Assembly (NCBI GenBank): GCA_021831785.1
Contig: JAKBMB010000029.1
Coordinates: forward strand, 87,065-151,064
Direction: 5' to 3'
DNA length: 64,000 bases
Source of the DNA: Deltaproteobacteria bacterium
Lineage (GTDB): Bacteria; Desulfobacterota; Binatia; Binatales; Binataceae
Below are positions 1 to 10,336 of the stretch, in pieces (position 1 is the first letter of the stretch; the number at the start of each line of letters is the position of its first letter). The position numbers were made by a program, and so were the translations under genes. A model generated the notes under the pieces. That model did not search any database. It was not told the origin of the DNA and saw only the letters and a list, made by a program, of their open reading frames with translations.

Positions 1-280
1 GCACTGCGCGCTGTCCGATGTACGCCGTCAGGTAGGTCGCGAAAAAGCTGGCGGCGGCGCGCACCATAAAAACGCACAACAGTTCGAGCGACAGCACGCG
101 CACCGCGCTCAGGCTTTTTATCGCCGAGATTTGATTGATATAGCTGCGGGCAAGAAATGGAATCGCTCCGTTGGCCGCGCTCAGCACGAGCATCGCCACA
201 ATCGCCAGCGCCGCATAGGGAAACAGATAGCGTCGGACGTACCGGACCAGACGCACGTATACGGGTCTAAACTTGTTCAT
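1..280 (-). CDS. msbA: ABC exporter N-terminal fragment, MsbA-like lipid A flippase (5' part only; gene continues beyond window start)
   Basis: Reverse-strand translation from the ATG at 278-280 reads MNKFRPVYVRLVRYVRRYLFPYAALAIVAMLVLSAANGAIPFLARSYINQISAIK..., a typical ABC-exporter transmembrane N-terminus. ATGA start/stop overlap with the lpxB stop (277-279). An lpxB-msbA arrangement is common. Confidence 0.5.
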   Translation of the reverse strand, partial: MNKFRPVYVRLVRYVRRYLFPYAALAIVAMLVLSAANGAIPFLARSYINQISAIKSLSAVRVLSLELLCVFMVRAAASFFATYLTAYIGQRAV

Positions 281-1446
281 CGCATCATCGCAAAGGCCAT
301 CTCGGCGACCCGCCGAGCGGCGCCCGGGGTGCCCAGCATTCGGCGCACCTCGCCCAGGGCCGCGCACGTCTGGTCACGCGTGGGCTGCGCTGCCAGCTCT
401 TGCGCCGCGCGAACCAGGTTGGGTGCCGTCACTTCGTCTTGGATTACCTCCGGCACGATCTGCCGGCCGGCGAGAATGTTAGGCATACCGATGAAACGCA
501 CATCTCGCACTAGCAATCGCAGCAGATAAAAAGTCGGAGCAGACACCTTGTAGGCAATCACCATCGGACAGCCTAGCAGAGCCGCTTCCAAAGTGGCAGT
601 GCCCGAAGCGACGAGCGCCAACTCGGCGGCGGCCAGGATATCGTAGCCGTCGTGCTCGACGAGCGCGATTCCGCTGAGGTCGGCGCCGCCTTCCGCGCGC
701 AGTTGCTCCGGCGTCAAGGTGGGGGCCAAGAGCAGGCATGGCGTAAGACCGTGGCGGCTTTGCAGTATCCGCGCCGCTTCGACCATCGGTCTGAGCAGAT
801 ACTGGATTTCGCGGCCTCGACTCCCCGGCAGCAGCGCCAAAAGCTTGGCCTCAGGGGCAAAGCCGTGGCGCGCTAGCGCGCCTTCGCGGTCGCCGAGCGG
901 CGGCGCGATCCGATCGAGGAGCGGATGGCCGACGAAGTCAACCGACGCGCCGGCTTTGGCGAAAATTTCGGCCTCGAACGGAAATACGACCGCCATCCGG
1001 TCGCTTATCGCAGCCAGCTTGCGCGCGCGCCCCCGCCGCCAGGCCCAAACCTGGGGCGCGATATAATACAGAACAGGCACGCCGCGGCGTTTGGCGAAGG
1101 CCGCCAGCCGCATATTGAAGTCCGGAAAATCAATCGCGATCAGCAGCGACGGCGGCCGGGTCTTAAGCATCGCGCGCAGCGCGAAAAGCGCCCTGAGGTT
1201 TCGCCCAAGCCTTCCCGCCAGCTCGCCGAAACCGGCCGCGGTAATGTCCTCACAGCGAAACAGCGCTTTGATTCCGGCCGCGCGCATGTGCTTGCCGGCA
1301 ACGCCGATAAGCTCGCAACTCGGGTCGATAGCGCGCAGCGCGCGCGCCAGCGCGGCGGCGTGAAGATCGCCCGAGGCCTCGCCGGCGACGATCATAATCC
1401 GCCGGCGCGCAATAAGCGCCGCGCTGTCGTCTGCGTGGGGGTCCAT
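277..1446 (-). CDS. lpxB: Lipid-A-disaccharide synthase
   Basis: The ORF contains IMIVAGEASGDLHAAALARAL...FVGHPLLD, the canonical LpxB glycosyltransferase N-terminus and core. The start is uncertain (Met at 1446 or 1395). The ORF as given extends to 1596 and overlaps the upstream gene. Confidence 0.85.
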   Translation of the reverse strand: MDPHADDSAALIARRRIMIVAGEASGDLHAAALARALRAIDPSCELIGVAGKHMRAAGIKALFRCEDITAAGFGELAGRLGRNLRALFALRAMLKTRPPSLLIAIDFPDFNMRLAAFAKRRGVPVLYYIAPQVWAWRRGRARKLAAISDRMAVVFPFEAEIFAKAGASVDFVGHPLLDRIAPPLGDREGALARHGFAPEAKLLALLPGSRGREIQYLLRPMVEAARILQSRHGLTPCLLLAPTLTPEQLRAEGGADLSGIALVEHDGYDILAAAELALVASGTATLEAALLGCPMVIAYKVSAPTFYLLRLLVRDVRFIGMPNILAGRQIVPEVIQDEVTAPNLVRAAQELAAQPTRDQTCAALGEVRRMLGTPGAARRVAEMAFAMMR

Positions 1447-1469
1447 CGAGCGCCGGAAAGCTGATTTAC

Positions 1470-2432
1470 TCAGGGGCGTGCGACGAACGACCGGCCGGGA
1501 CCGGCCTTGATCGAATCGCCGATCCGCTCGCAAAGCTCGACCACCCGCAAGCCGTCGTCGGCGGACACCGCCGGAGGTCTTCGCGAGCGGACGCAAGCGA
1601 CGAAGGACGCGACCTCATCGCCCAGCGGGTCTCCTTCATCGAGCTCGATACGCTGCGCGCTGATGGTCGGCATCGCGCCCGGCGCGGATTGGGTTTTGCG
1701 ATAAATTTGAATCAAGCGTGCCTCGTAGTCGGTTGAAATGTAAGTGTCGGGCTGGAAAAAACGAATCTTGCGCTCGCGCCGCGGGGCGACCCGGCTGGCG
1801 TTGAGATTAGCCACCATGCCGTCGGCAAAGCGCACGCGCGCGTTCGCCACGTCTACCAGATCGGTCAGCACAGCCACGCCCAGCGCCTCGACGGACACCA
1901 CCTTGCTCTCGGTGAGGCTCAAAATCAGGTCGAGGTCGTGGCTCATCAGATCAAGAATTACATCCACGTCCGTGCCGCGCTGTGTGAACGGAGACAGCCG
2001 GTGACATTCGATGAACCGAGGGCCCTTGAGGAGGCTCTTAAGCCGGCGCACAGCCGGATTGAAGCGCTCCAGGTAGCCGACCTGCAAGAGCGCGCCACCC
2101 TCGCGCGCCAACTCGGCCAGCGCGCGCGCCTGCCCGGCGGTCGCGGCCATCGGCTTCTCCAGTAAGACGTCTACCCCCGAGGCGAGCAGGCCGGCAGCGA
2201 CGGAAAAATGCGTCGAAGAGGGCGTGGCGACCGTCGCCAGGTCGATGCGCTCGGCTATCTCGCGGTGGTCGCATCCCGCCGCCGCGCCGTAGCGCGCAGC
2301 CATCAGCTCGGCGCGCCGCCGGTCGATGTCGACCACGAAGCCAAGCCGGACCCCGCTCAACTTCGCGTATTTCTCGGCATGCAAGCCGCCGAGCTTGCCT
2401 GCTCCGATTACTGCCGCCGTCAACTCACGCAT
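1470..2432 (-). CDS. Gfo/Idh/MocA-family NAD(P)-dependent oxidoreductase (possible GnnA-like UDP-GlcNAc 3-dehydrogenase)
   Basis: N-terminal Rossmann motif VIGAGKLGGLHAEKY and EKP motif (DVLLEKPMA) typical of the Gfo/Idh/MocA family. Sits between lpxI and lpxB. Confidence 0.75.
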   Translation of the reverse strand: MRELTAAVIGAGKLGGLHAEKYAKLSGVRLGFVVDIDRRRAELMAARYGAAAGCDHREIAERIDLATVATPSSTHFSVAAGLLASGVDVLLEKPMAATAGQARALAELAREGGALLQVGYLERFNPAVRRLKSLLKGPRFIECHRLSPFTQRGTDVDVILDLMSHDLDLILSLTESKVVSVEALGVAVLTDLVDVANARVRFADGMVANLNASRVAPRRERKIRFFQPDTYISTDYEARLIQIYRKTQSAPGAMPTISAQRIELDEGDPLGDEVASFVACVRSRRPPAVSADDGLRVVELCERIGDSIKAGPGRSFVARP

Positions 2433-2719
2433 GCTCGGACCTCAAAGCCCCTGAGATAGCTTGTATCGAGCGCTCGCCCCGCCGCCGGCGCATACGGCGG
2501 CTCGACCGCGTTCGCCCGATGACGCATGCTGAGCGATCGGCGCCGACGGCCGCCCTCTCGCAGCCCATACGCCATCGCTGAGCCCGCGCGAGAGCGAGCA
2601 GCGAAGCCGTAGTGACGCCTGCGATCTTCGGTTACGCGCTGGTTACGCGCTCAAGTCGCCGGCCCGCATAAGTCTCGGGAACCAAACATCGCCGCGATTT
2701 TAGCCCAGCTCGCCAGCGT

Positions 2720-3523
2720 TCAACGATAACCGTAAACCGACAGCTCGAGCTCACGCGCCATTTTAAGGGTGTGCGCGGGCTCGATGATCAGGGTGCGTTG
2801 AGCCTCGACGGCGAGCACGGCGGCGCGAATCTCGTGCAACAAGCTAATCGTTCGCGGACCGATGGCCGGCCGGTCAAAGCGCAGGTCCTGGCCGGGCTTG
2901 GAGGCTTTGGCCACGACCAGGCCGGGGCCGGCCAGCGAAGCGGCGCGTCTAAGCGTCGCGTCGGTGCCTTCAATACCCTCCACGGCCGCGACGACTCCGT
3001 CGCGCACCGCGACCACTTGACCCACGTCGAAGGCGCCCAACGCCCGCGCCACGGCGAATCCGAGCTCAATATCCTCAAGCACGGCGGCCGTGACCTGCGG
3101 GCCCGCCAGCAGCCCGGCTTCGGCCAAGGCCAGGCCGAACCGTTCGACTGGGTCGATCACTTCGATTCCGTCCGCTTCCAGCTCGGCGGCGACTCCGCGC
3201 AAGACCGCGTCGTCGCTGAATTTCCCGATTCGCGCGAGCATCGCCAAAGCCCGCGCGTCGGGCTTGAATGACGCGCGGAGCCGGGCGCGCGAGATTCCTC
3301 CAGCCATCGCCGCAACCCTAACGCCGGCCTCCTTTAGCGTGCGGATGGCGGCTTCGAGCTGGCCCACCTCGATCCAGTTGACGCACTCGCAGAAGGCCGC
3401 GATCTCGGGTGAGGTTTCGTCCTGATGGGCCACGGCGATGACCGCGATGCCGCGCGCTTTGGCCGCGGCTGCGACCTCGATCGGGAAGGCCCCGTTGCCG
3501 GCGATGAGGCCGAATTTAGTCAC
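2720..3523 (-). CDS. lpxI: UDP-2,3-diacylglucosamine hydrolase LpxI (DUF1009 family)
   Basis: MTKFGLIAGNGAFPIEVAAAAKARG... and about 267 aa match the LpxI architecture. Located between lpxA and lpxB, as in LpxI-using (LpxH-lacking) bacteria. Confidence 0.75.
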   Translation of the reverse strand: MTKFGLIAGNGAFPIEVAAAAKARGIAVIAVAHQDETSPEIAAFCECVNWIEVGQLEAAIRTLKEAGVRVAAMAGGISRARLRASFKPDARALAMLARIGKFSDDAVLRGVAAELEADGIEVIDPVERFGLALAEAGLLAGPQVTAAVLEDIELGFAVARALGAFDVGQVVAVRDGVVAAVEGIEGTDATLRRAASLAGPGLVVAKASKPGQDLRFDRPAIGPRTISLLHEIRAAVLAVEAQRTLIIEPAHTLKMARELELSVYGYR

Positions 3524-4346
3524 GGTTGCGTCCGACGACGCCGCGTTTGGAATTAGCGATAAACTCTACGAGGCGGCGTACCTCGGGCAGATGGCCTTCC
3601 GTCTCCAGCACCTGTTTGGTCGCCTGGGCGCGCGAAAGGTTGGAGTAGAAGAGCAGCCGCAGCGAGCGCTTAAGGGCGCGAATAACGTCCCGGCTGAAGC
3701 CTCGTCGCTCCAGGCCGACCTCGTTGAGGCCCACCAGCCGAGCGCGCTCTTCGCCCGCCACCAACGAGTAAGGCGGGACGTCCTGCGCCACCTTCGAGCC
3801 CGCCGCCAGCGCCGCGTGAGCACCGACTCGGGTGAACTGATGAACTCCGCACATCCCCATCGTTACCGCCCATTCCTCGATGACACAGTGTCCGGCCAGA
3901 TTAGTGGAGTTGGCCAGGATGACATGGTCGGCGACAATGCAGTCGTGCGCGATATGCGCGTAATTCATCACCAGCACGTGGCTGCCTACCCGGGTAACCA
4001 TTCCGCCACCCTCGGTTCCGCGGTGAATCGTGGTGAATTCGCGGATAAGGTTGTCGTCGCCGATCTCGAGGCGCGACGGTTCGCCGCGATACTTGAGGTC
4101 CTGCGGAGCCGCGCCCAGGGAGGCAAACTGAAAGATTCTGTTTCGCGCTCCGATGCTAGTGCGGCCTTCGACCACGGTATTGGGGCCGATCTCGGTGTCG
4201 GCCCCGATCGTGACGTGAGGTCCGATCACCGCGCCGGGGCCGACCTGCACGCTGGAATCGAGCTCGGCTGCCGGGTCAACTACCGCGAAGGGGTGAATCT
4301 TACCGCCGATGGCGAGTCTCCCATATTGATGCGGCGACGCGCTCAA
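3516..4346 (-). CDS. lpxA: Acyl-ACP:UDP-GlcNAc O-acyltransferase
   Basis: Left-handed beta-helix hexapeptide repeats and the LpxA C-terminal block (QFTRVGAHAALAAGSKVAQDVPPYSLVAGEERARLVGLNEVGLERRGFSRDVIRAL) align with E. coli LpxA. Confidence 0.9.
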   Translation of the reverse strand: MSASPHQYGRLAIGGKIHPFAVVDPAAELDSSVQVGPGAVIGPHVTIGADTEIGPNTVVEGRTSIGARNRIFQFASLGAAPQDLKYRGEPSRLEIGDDNLIREFTTIHRGTEGGGMVTRVGSHVLVMNYAHIAHDCIVADHVILANSTNLAGHCVIEEWAVTMGMCGVHQFTRVGAHAALAAGSKVAQDVPPYSLVAGEERARLVGLNEVGLERRGFSRDVIRALKRSLRLLFYSNLSRAQATKQVLETEGHLPEVRRLVEFIANSKRGVVGRNRD

Positions 4347-4475
4347 AGCCGCTGATATGTGCCGCCGCCTCGCCCAGTGAGCGCGCGGTGGCGGGGCGCC
4401 GCGCTTGGGCTAACAATGCGGCGCGCCGTCGCACGCCGGGTTGAAGGCGGCTATTTTCGCTGCGTGCCGCCGGTT

Positions 4476-5123
4476 TCATTTGGAGATACTCGAGCGCGGA
4501 GGCGACGAACCCGAGGGCGACGAGGTGCCGTAGGGCGCGCCGGAATGAATTGTTCCGGCGTGGCTTTGACCCAGCTTTTTGCCCTCGCTTCTCTCGTCGT
4601 AGATGCGAATTACCTGATCGGTAATGTCCACCCCCGGGGCGGCCCACAGCAAGCCGCTTTTCTCCATCACCATGGTGTAGCCGTCGCGTTGGCCGATTTG
4701 GCCCACCACAACCGCGAGGTCGCGTACGATACGGCCGGTGATCTCGGTGTCCTCGTGCTGCAAGTCCTGCTTGCTGTCGTTGTAGGCGCGTTCGAAGTCA
4801 CGCAGCTTGCGATTGTACTCCTCTTCGAGGTTGCGCCGTTCGTCCGGCTTCATCAAAAGGCCTTTGGTGTCTAATTCGTCCTTGAGCCCTTTGACCTCCT
4901 CCTGTTGCTTTCGCAGTCGATGCTCCAGACGCTGGACTTTCGCTCGAAATTCGTCCTTGGCCTTGCGGCCCGAGACGCATTGATTGAGCGCGCGTTGAAT
5001 ATCGACGTAGGCAAGCTTTATCTCGGCACTCGCAGCGCCGGCGGCCGCCGCCAAGATTAATGTCGCGCTGACCAAGGATAGCCGTGCGATAGACACTCGA
5101 AACCTCCTGAAAACAATCCTCAT
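4476..5123 (-). CDS. skp: Periplasmic chaperone Skp/OmpH
   Basis: Signal-peptide-like N-terminus (LSLVSATLILAAAAGAASA) and a coiled-coil K/E/R-rich body (DEFRAKVQRLEHRLRKQQEEVKGLKDEL) typical of OmpH. Lies immediately downstream of bamA. The ORF may start earlier, at 5180. Confidence 0.75.
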   Translation of the reverse strand: MRIVFRRFRVSIARLSLVSATLILAAAAGAASAEIKLAYVDIQRALNQCVSGRKAKDEFRAKVQRLEHRLRKQQEEVKGLKDELDTKGLLMKPDERRNLEEEYNRKLRDFERAYNDSKQDLQHEDTEITGRIVRDLAVVVGQIGQRDGYTMVMEKSGLLWAAPGVDITDQVIRIYDERSEGKKLGQSHAGTIHSGAPYGTSSPSGSSPPRSSISK

Positions 5124-5280
5124 AGCTTCAAGCAAAGCCGGGCGAAACGCTCCCGTGGCGCCAGAAATAATAAATAACAATAAGAAACCTCAAGGAATTA
5201 TAACGACATCACGATGCGCTCAACATCAGGTGCGCACCGCGGACGATAAATTAAGCCGCCTCTCGCCGTCATCATCGCGC

Positions 5281-7653
5281 TCATAGCGGGGAGCCGCCGC
5301 CGAAGACAAAGTTGTCGATCACGTAGCCCGCCTTCGGATTGATCGGGATGGCGTACTCAAGGCGTATCGGACCGAACGGCGAGCGCCAGCGGATGCCTAT
5401 CCCCCAAGCAGCGGCCAGGCTGTTGATAGTGATCGACTGGTGCAGCAAGTAGGCATTGCCCGCGTCGAGAAAAACTACGCCTCGCAGCCCGAATGACTCA
5501 AGAATCGGGAACGTCGTCTCCGTGCTCAGCAAAAGCTCTTTGCTGCCGCCGATCTGCGTATAGCCTATCGGCTGACCCACGTTGTTGAAAAGCGCGGCAT
5601 TGGGCCCCAGGCTGAAGAACTCATAGCCGCGCACTGAGTCGATGCCGCCTGGAAAGAAACGCTCGTACAATGGAAGATTGCCCCCGGGCGCCGGCTGCAG
5701 GGCGGTCCCGATGCCGTAGTCCACGCCAAAGGAATACACCCACTGGCCGAGCCACGAACTGTCGATTATCGGCAAAAACCAACGGCTGTGTGCGATCGCC
5801 TTGATGAAATAGGAAGTCCCGCCCGGGCCCGCGATCTCGACGCTTGCGCTCTGCGAGGAGCCGCTGCGCGGGTCGGTGGGGTTGTCGACCGTCATGCGCT
5901 GAAGCGTCGGAATAACCTCCGACACCAAAGCATAGCCGTGGTATTGCGTGATCGCCGCCGGCTCGTCCGGCCCGATATCGGTGATCCCCATCTGCTGGAA
6001 CTTGTAGCCTAGACCCGCGCTGACCGTGTTGAGCGAGAACGGTCCGAACTCGCTCAGACCGAGCTCGGACAACGGATACAAAGTGTGAAAGCCAATCCCG
6101 TAGGCGACCTGGGTAAAGCCGAACATAAAGTACTCGGTGTCGAACAGATCGACCGAGAACGTAAGCGGCATGTCTAGGAAGTACGGGTCGGTGAAGTTCA
6201 GGTCGATATTGCGGAAGAGAAAGCCGAAGAGCGCGCTGAAGGTGGCTGAATTGCCGGTCCCGAACAGATTCCTCTCGCCAATTGAGGCGTTGCCGAAGGC
6301 GCCGTCAACGGTGTCGATGCCGCCGCCGATGGAAAACGTGCCGGTCTGCGCCTCTTTGACCCCAACGTTAAGGTCAACCTGGTCGGGTTCCCGCCCCGGG
6401 GTTGTCGAGATCTGGGTCTGTGAGAACAGACCGAGGCGGTCCAACCGAGCCTTGGAGGCGCGAATCTTGGCCGCCGAGTAGGGCTCTTGCTCCTGAATCG
6501 CCAATTGCCGCCGGATAACGTAGTCGCGCGTCCTGACGTTGCCCGAAATTGAAATGCGGTCGACGAGAATTTTTTCGCCCGGAGTAATGCGAACGGCGAC
6601 GTTGATCAGGTGACTGAGGGGATCGACCTGCGTGCGCGGGTCAACGTTGGCAAACGCATAACCGCGATCGGTGTAGAAGTCCGAGAGGGTCAGCACGTCG
6701 TGTTGCAGCTTAAGCCCTTGGAACGGCTGGCCGGGCTTGAGCGTGAGCCGCTTGCGCAATTCCTGGACCGGCACTTTGAGATCGCCCTCAAACGCGATGG
6801 TGCCGATGCGGTACGGCACCCCCTCGTTGATTTTAAAGCTGATGATAAGCGAATCGCCCTCGCGGGTGATGGTAGGCTCGGCAACCTGCGCGTTAAGGTA
6901 GCCGTGCTGATAGTAGAAGGTCTTCAACCGATCCACGTCAGTGGCCAGCACCTTGCGATCAAGGAGGCCGGTATTGAACACGAAGCTTAGGATATTATGC
7001 GGATGGGTCTCGATAAGGTTGCGCAGTTGTTTTGCCTTGAAGGCGTGGTTGCCGATGAAGCGGACCTCGCCGATACGGACCAGCGGGCCCTCCTTGATGT
7101 CGAAGACGACGATCGCGCGGTTGTCCGGTTCCGGCGTCATTTTGTAGTTTACGGCGACGTCCAGGTAGCCCTTTTCGCGGTAGATCGCCTCCAGGCCCTT
7201 GATGGTTTCCACCACGTGAATCGGATCAAAAATCGAGCGCGGCTGAATCTTGACTGCGGCACGCACCTTGTCGTCGCTGGTCTTAAAGGCCTTCATTCCC
7301 TCGAAGCGCACCTGGGAAACCAGCGGGCGCTCTTCCACGTCGTAGGTCAATATCACCCGCCCGCCGCTACCCGTGGTGTGCGCCGTGACTTTTTTGAAGA
7401 AACCCATCCGGTAGATCGCTTTGATGTCCCGGCTGACGGCCGCTCGGTCGAGCGGCTCGCCGGCGCGCGAGCTAATCTGGATGCGGATGGCGTCGTCGTC
7501 GACGCGCTGATTACCGCGAATTTTGATCTCGGCAATGGTGGGCGCGCTGCCTTGCGCCCACACTTTCGCGCTGAGTGCCAGCGCCACAAGCAGACAAACA
7601 AAGGCTAAGGCCCGGGTGGCGTGTGGGGCGCTCAAGCTCATCGTACCGGGCAC
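5281..7653 (-). CDS. bamA: Outer membrane protein assembly factor BamA (Omp85)
   Basis: 790 aa with a signal peptide, five POTRA-like repeats (IAEIKIRGNQRVDDDAIR...) and a C-terminal beta-barrel ending in an aromatic residue. bamA-skp-lpx synteny. Confidence 0.9.
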   Translation of the reverse strand: MPGTMSLSAPHATRALAFVCLLVALALSAKVWAQGSAPTIAEIKIRGNQRVDDDAIRIQISSRAGEPLDRAAVSRDIKAIYRMGFFKKVTAHTTGSGGRVILTYDVEERPLVSQVRFEGMKAFKTSDDKVRAAVKIQPRSIFDPIHVVETIKGLEAIYREKGYLDVAVNYKMTPEPDNRAIVVFDIKEGPLVRIGEVRFIGNHAFKAKQLRNLIETHPHNILSFVFNTGLLDRKVLATDVDRLKTFYYQHGYLNAQVAEPTITREGDSLIISFKINEGVPYRIGTIAFEGDLKVPVQELRKRLTLKPGQPFQGLKLQHDVLTLSDFYTDRGYAFANVDPRTQVDPLSHLINVAVRITPGEKILVDRISISGNVRTRDYVIRRQLAIQEQEPYSAAKIRASKARLDRLGLFSQTQISTTPGREPDQVDLNVGVKEAQTGTFSIGGGIDTVDGAFGNASIGERNLFGTGNSATFSALFGFLFRNIDLNFTDPYFLDMPLTFSVDLFDTEYFMFGFTQVAYGIGFHTLYPLSELGLSEFGPFSLNTVSAGLGYKFQQMGITDIGPDEPAAITQYHGYALVSEVIPTLQRMTVDNPTDPRSGSSQSASVEIAGPGGTSYFIKAIAHSRWFLPIIDSSWLGQWVYSFGVDYGIGTALQPAPGGNLPLYERFFPGGIDSVRGYEFFSLGPNAALFNNVGQPIGYTQIGGSKELLLSTETTFPILESFGLRGVVFLDAGNAYLLHQSITINSLAAAWGIGIRWRSPFGPIRLEYAIPINPKAGYVIDNFVFGGGSPL

Positions 7654-8304
7654 CGGGTCGCGGCCTTTATCCGCCGACCCTGAGAGCGGCCGCGCCGGCA
7701 GGCCGATCGCTTAGCCATGTCATGACGGGTAGACCCGCCGCCGGCGCGACGCGCGGAGCCACGCCAACGCGCCCGGCGGCTTGCCTCAGGCCGGCCGGCG
7801 CCGCAGTACGCGACGCACAAATCTTCCTCCAACGGCGCAGAGCAAAGACATCGCCGGCGGTCTGGCGTCCCGGGCCATAAATTTGATGGGCGGCCTGCAT
7901 GAAATACTCGCCAATCGCCTCATTCGCTCAATTCGCCGAAGCTCGAACTGAGGGCCCCGCTGCGGTTTCGCCAATTATCGCAGTTGGCGCGGACATCACT
8001 TCGCTTGGCGCCGAGGCCTAGCTTGGCGACGAAATTGTGACCCAATTATGCGGCCCTGAATAGTGCCGATGGCATAAACCGCCGCTCTTGCGCCGACCGC
8101 CGCGGACACGGCGAAAGGTCTTGCGAAAGCCGCAGCGCGACGGACGCCGAGGGCCTCAGCGCTGCCAGGTCGTTCGCCTGGGGCGCCGTGGCGAGGGCGA
8201 ACAGCGGTCCGCAAACCAGCGAGCAAACATGCCGCGCGCTTCGCTTGGCCGTCCTTGATGGACCTCGTCAACCGGTTCTCCCCACGGCTCATGAGGTCTT
8301 TCCG

Positions 8305-9075
8305 CTAGGGCCGGTTCTCGTCGTAAAGCCGCCCGTCTCTGAGCCGCAGGATGCGCGTCATGTGGCGGGCCAATCGCTCGTTGTGAGTGGCGACAACCAT
8401 CGTAATACCCAACTCTACGTTGAGCCGCACCAGCAATCGGTTGACCTCCTCGGCGGTCTGCGCGTCGAGGTTGCCGGTGGGTTCGTCCGCCAGCACAAGC
8501 TTCGGCCGCAAGACGATAGCGCGCGCCACCGCAACAAGCTGCTGCTCACCGCCCGATAGCTCTGAGGGACGGCGATGGGACTTGTCGTGAAGGCCGACCA
8601 GCTTGAGCCCCGCGAGCGCCAGCTCGCGGGCCCTGGATTCGGCCAGGCGGCCGATCCGAGCCGGCATCGCCACGTTTTCCAGAGCAGTGAAGTCCGCCAA
8701 CAAATAATGAAATTGAAAGACAAAGCCCAGTTGCTGGTTGCGAAATTGCGCCAGAGCCTGCGCGCTCAGCGCGAACAGGTCCTGGCCCTCGAAAAACACC
8801 TTGCCCGCGGTCGGCACCTCGAGGCTCCCCAGAATATGGAGCAGCGTGGATTTGCCGACGCCGGAATGGCCGACGATTGCTATTCTCTCGCGGTGAGCGA
8901 CTTCCAAATCAAGCGCTTTTAGCACGCTAATCTGACGACCGCTGTCGAAAAAGCTTTTGTCAACGTCCTGCGCGGCCAGCAGCGGGGCCGGCGCGGTCTG
9001 CCCGCGCGGATTAGGCTCGCCTTGGTCGGGGGCGAGCGCGGTCGACGCCGTTTCATTCATAACGGATGACCTCAA
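8305..9075 (-). CDS. lolD: Lipoprotein-releasing system ATP-binding protein LolD-like ABC ATPase
   Basis: Walker A GHSGVGKST, ABC signature LSGGEQQ, Walker B LVLADEPTGNLD. Follows a LolC/E-type permease. The true start is probably internal (around 9060). Confidence 0.8.
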   Translation of the reverse strand: MRSSVMNETASTALAPDQGEPNPRGQTAPAPLLAAQDVDKSFFDSGRQISVLKALDLEVAHRERIAIVGHSGVGKSTLLHILGSLEVPTAGKVFFEGQDLFALSAQALAQFRNQQLGFVFQFHYLLADFTALENVAMPARIGRLAESRARELALAGLKLVGLHDKSHRRPSELSGGEQQLVAVARAIVLRPKLVLADEPTGNLDAQTAEEVNRLLVRLNVELGITMVVATHNERLARHMTRILRLRDGRLYDENRP

Positions 9076-10336
9076 CCGGCGACAGCGAGCGCGCCTGCAG
9101 AGCCGGGTAGAGCGCGGCCAACACGCAAAGCACGATAGCGGCTGCTGCGACCATCAGGAAGTTCACCGGGTCAAGCTCGACCGGCACCACGCTGACAATG
9201 AAGCTTTGCGGCGGCAAGTGAATCAGATGATAACGATCGATCACGTAGGAGAGGACAAAACCGGTTCCCACGCCCACGACACTGCCGACCGTTCCAAGCA
9301 ACGCCCCTTGGAGCAAAAAAATGGCCGCGATCGACCGCGTCTGGGCCCCCATCGCGCGCAAAATCGCAATCTCTTTACGCCGTTCGATGACCACCATCGC
9401 CAAAGTCGCGACTATGTTGAAGGCAGCGACCAACACAATCAAGAGCAGCACGAGAAAATACGCGGTTTTTTCCAGCTTGAGCGCCGAAAAAAGGCTCTGG
9501 TCGCTGCGGGTCCAGTCTTCGACCGTGAAGCCGGGGCCGCTGAGCGCCGCGATCCGACGGGCAATCGCCGGCGCTTGGAAAAGGTCTTTGACCTGAACCT
9601 GCAAGCCCTGTTCGAGCTGACTGTCGCCGCGAAATAGCGTCCGAGCGTCGTCTAGCCCCATGAACACCAGCGCCGCGTCGTATTCATCCATTCCCGAATG
9701 GAACAGGCCGACGATCGCGTAGCGCTTAAGCCGGGGTATCGCGTCGCCGGTCTGAAAGCTGGCGGGCGAGATTAGGGTCACCGGCTGACCGATGCGCAGG
9801 CCGAGCTCGGCCGCCAGAGCGTCGCCGAGGATAACGCCGTCCAGCTTGACCTCGCGTTTTTGGTCGCCTTGGTCGGTAATCACTGAGAACGGCACGCCCA
9901 GCGCATTGAGGCTGCCGGAACTAAGGGTGCGTTGCAACTCGCCCAGCGTGGGATTATCCCGCACCATCACCCCGCGCGCGATTGCCCCCGACATGTAACC
10001 CGGCGAACCCGCGATCCCCACGGCCGCCGCCATCACCTGTGACGCGACATAAGGCGCTACCGCCTCCACGCCGTCAACTTGCTCGATGACGCGCGCCAAA
10101 GTCGCCAGCGCGGCGCTTTCACGGTCGTCGTTGAGCCGCACCAAGACGTGCGGATTAAAGGCCAGCAGACGGCGGCGCAAGTCGTGCTCAAAGCCGCTCA
10201 TCACGGACAGCACTACCGAGAGGGCCAGTGTCCCAATAATCACTCCGCCCAAAGAAATCAGCGCGATAAGCGAGACGAAACGCTCGCCCTGGCGGGCGCG
10301 CAGGTAGCGCAATCCGATTGCAAGCTCGAGCAGCAT
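9053..10336 (-). CDS. lolE: LolC/LolE-family lipoprotein-release permease (FtsX-like, MacB-type periplasmic domain)
   Basis: 427 aa. An N-terminal TM helix, a large periplasmic domain, then three C-terminal TM helices with an FtsX-like block (AAFNIVATLAMVVIERRKEIAILRAMGA). Confidence 0.8.
   Translation of the reverse strand: MLLELAIGLRYLRARQGERFVSLIALISLGGVIIGTLALSVVLSVMSGFEHDLRRRLLAFNPHVLVRLNDDRESAALATLARVIEQVDGVEAVAPYVASQVMAAAVGIAGSPGYMSGAIARGVMVRDNPTLGELQRTLSSGSLNALGVPFSVITDQGDQKREVKLDGVILGDALAAELGLRIGQPVTLISPASFQTGDAIPRLKRYAIVGLFHSGMDEYDAALVFMGLDDARTLFRGDSQLEQGLQVQVKDLFQAPAIARRIAALSGPGFTVEDWTRSDQSLFSALKLEKTAYFLVLLLIVLVAAFNIVATLAMVVIERRKEIAILRAMGAQTRSIAAIFLLQGALLGTVGSVVGVGTGFVLSYVIDRYHLIHLPPQSFIVSVVPVELDPVNFLMVAAAAIVLCVLAALYPALQARSLSPVEVIRYE

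Noticed and set aside
131-529. 132-aa + strand ORF (and 273..482) at the window start
   Set aside because: They lie antisense to the well-supported msbA/lpxB coding sequence. They are Arg/Ala-rich shadow frames typical of high-GC DNA.
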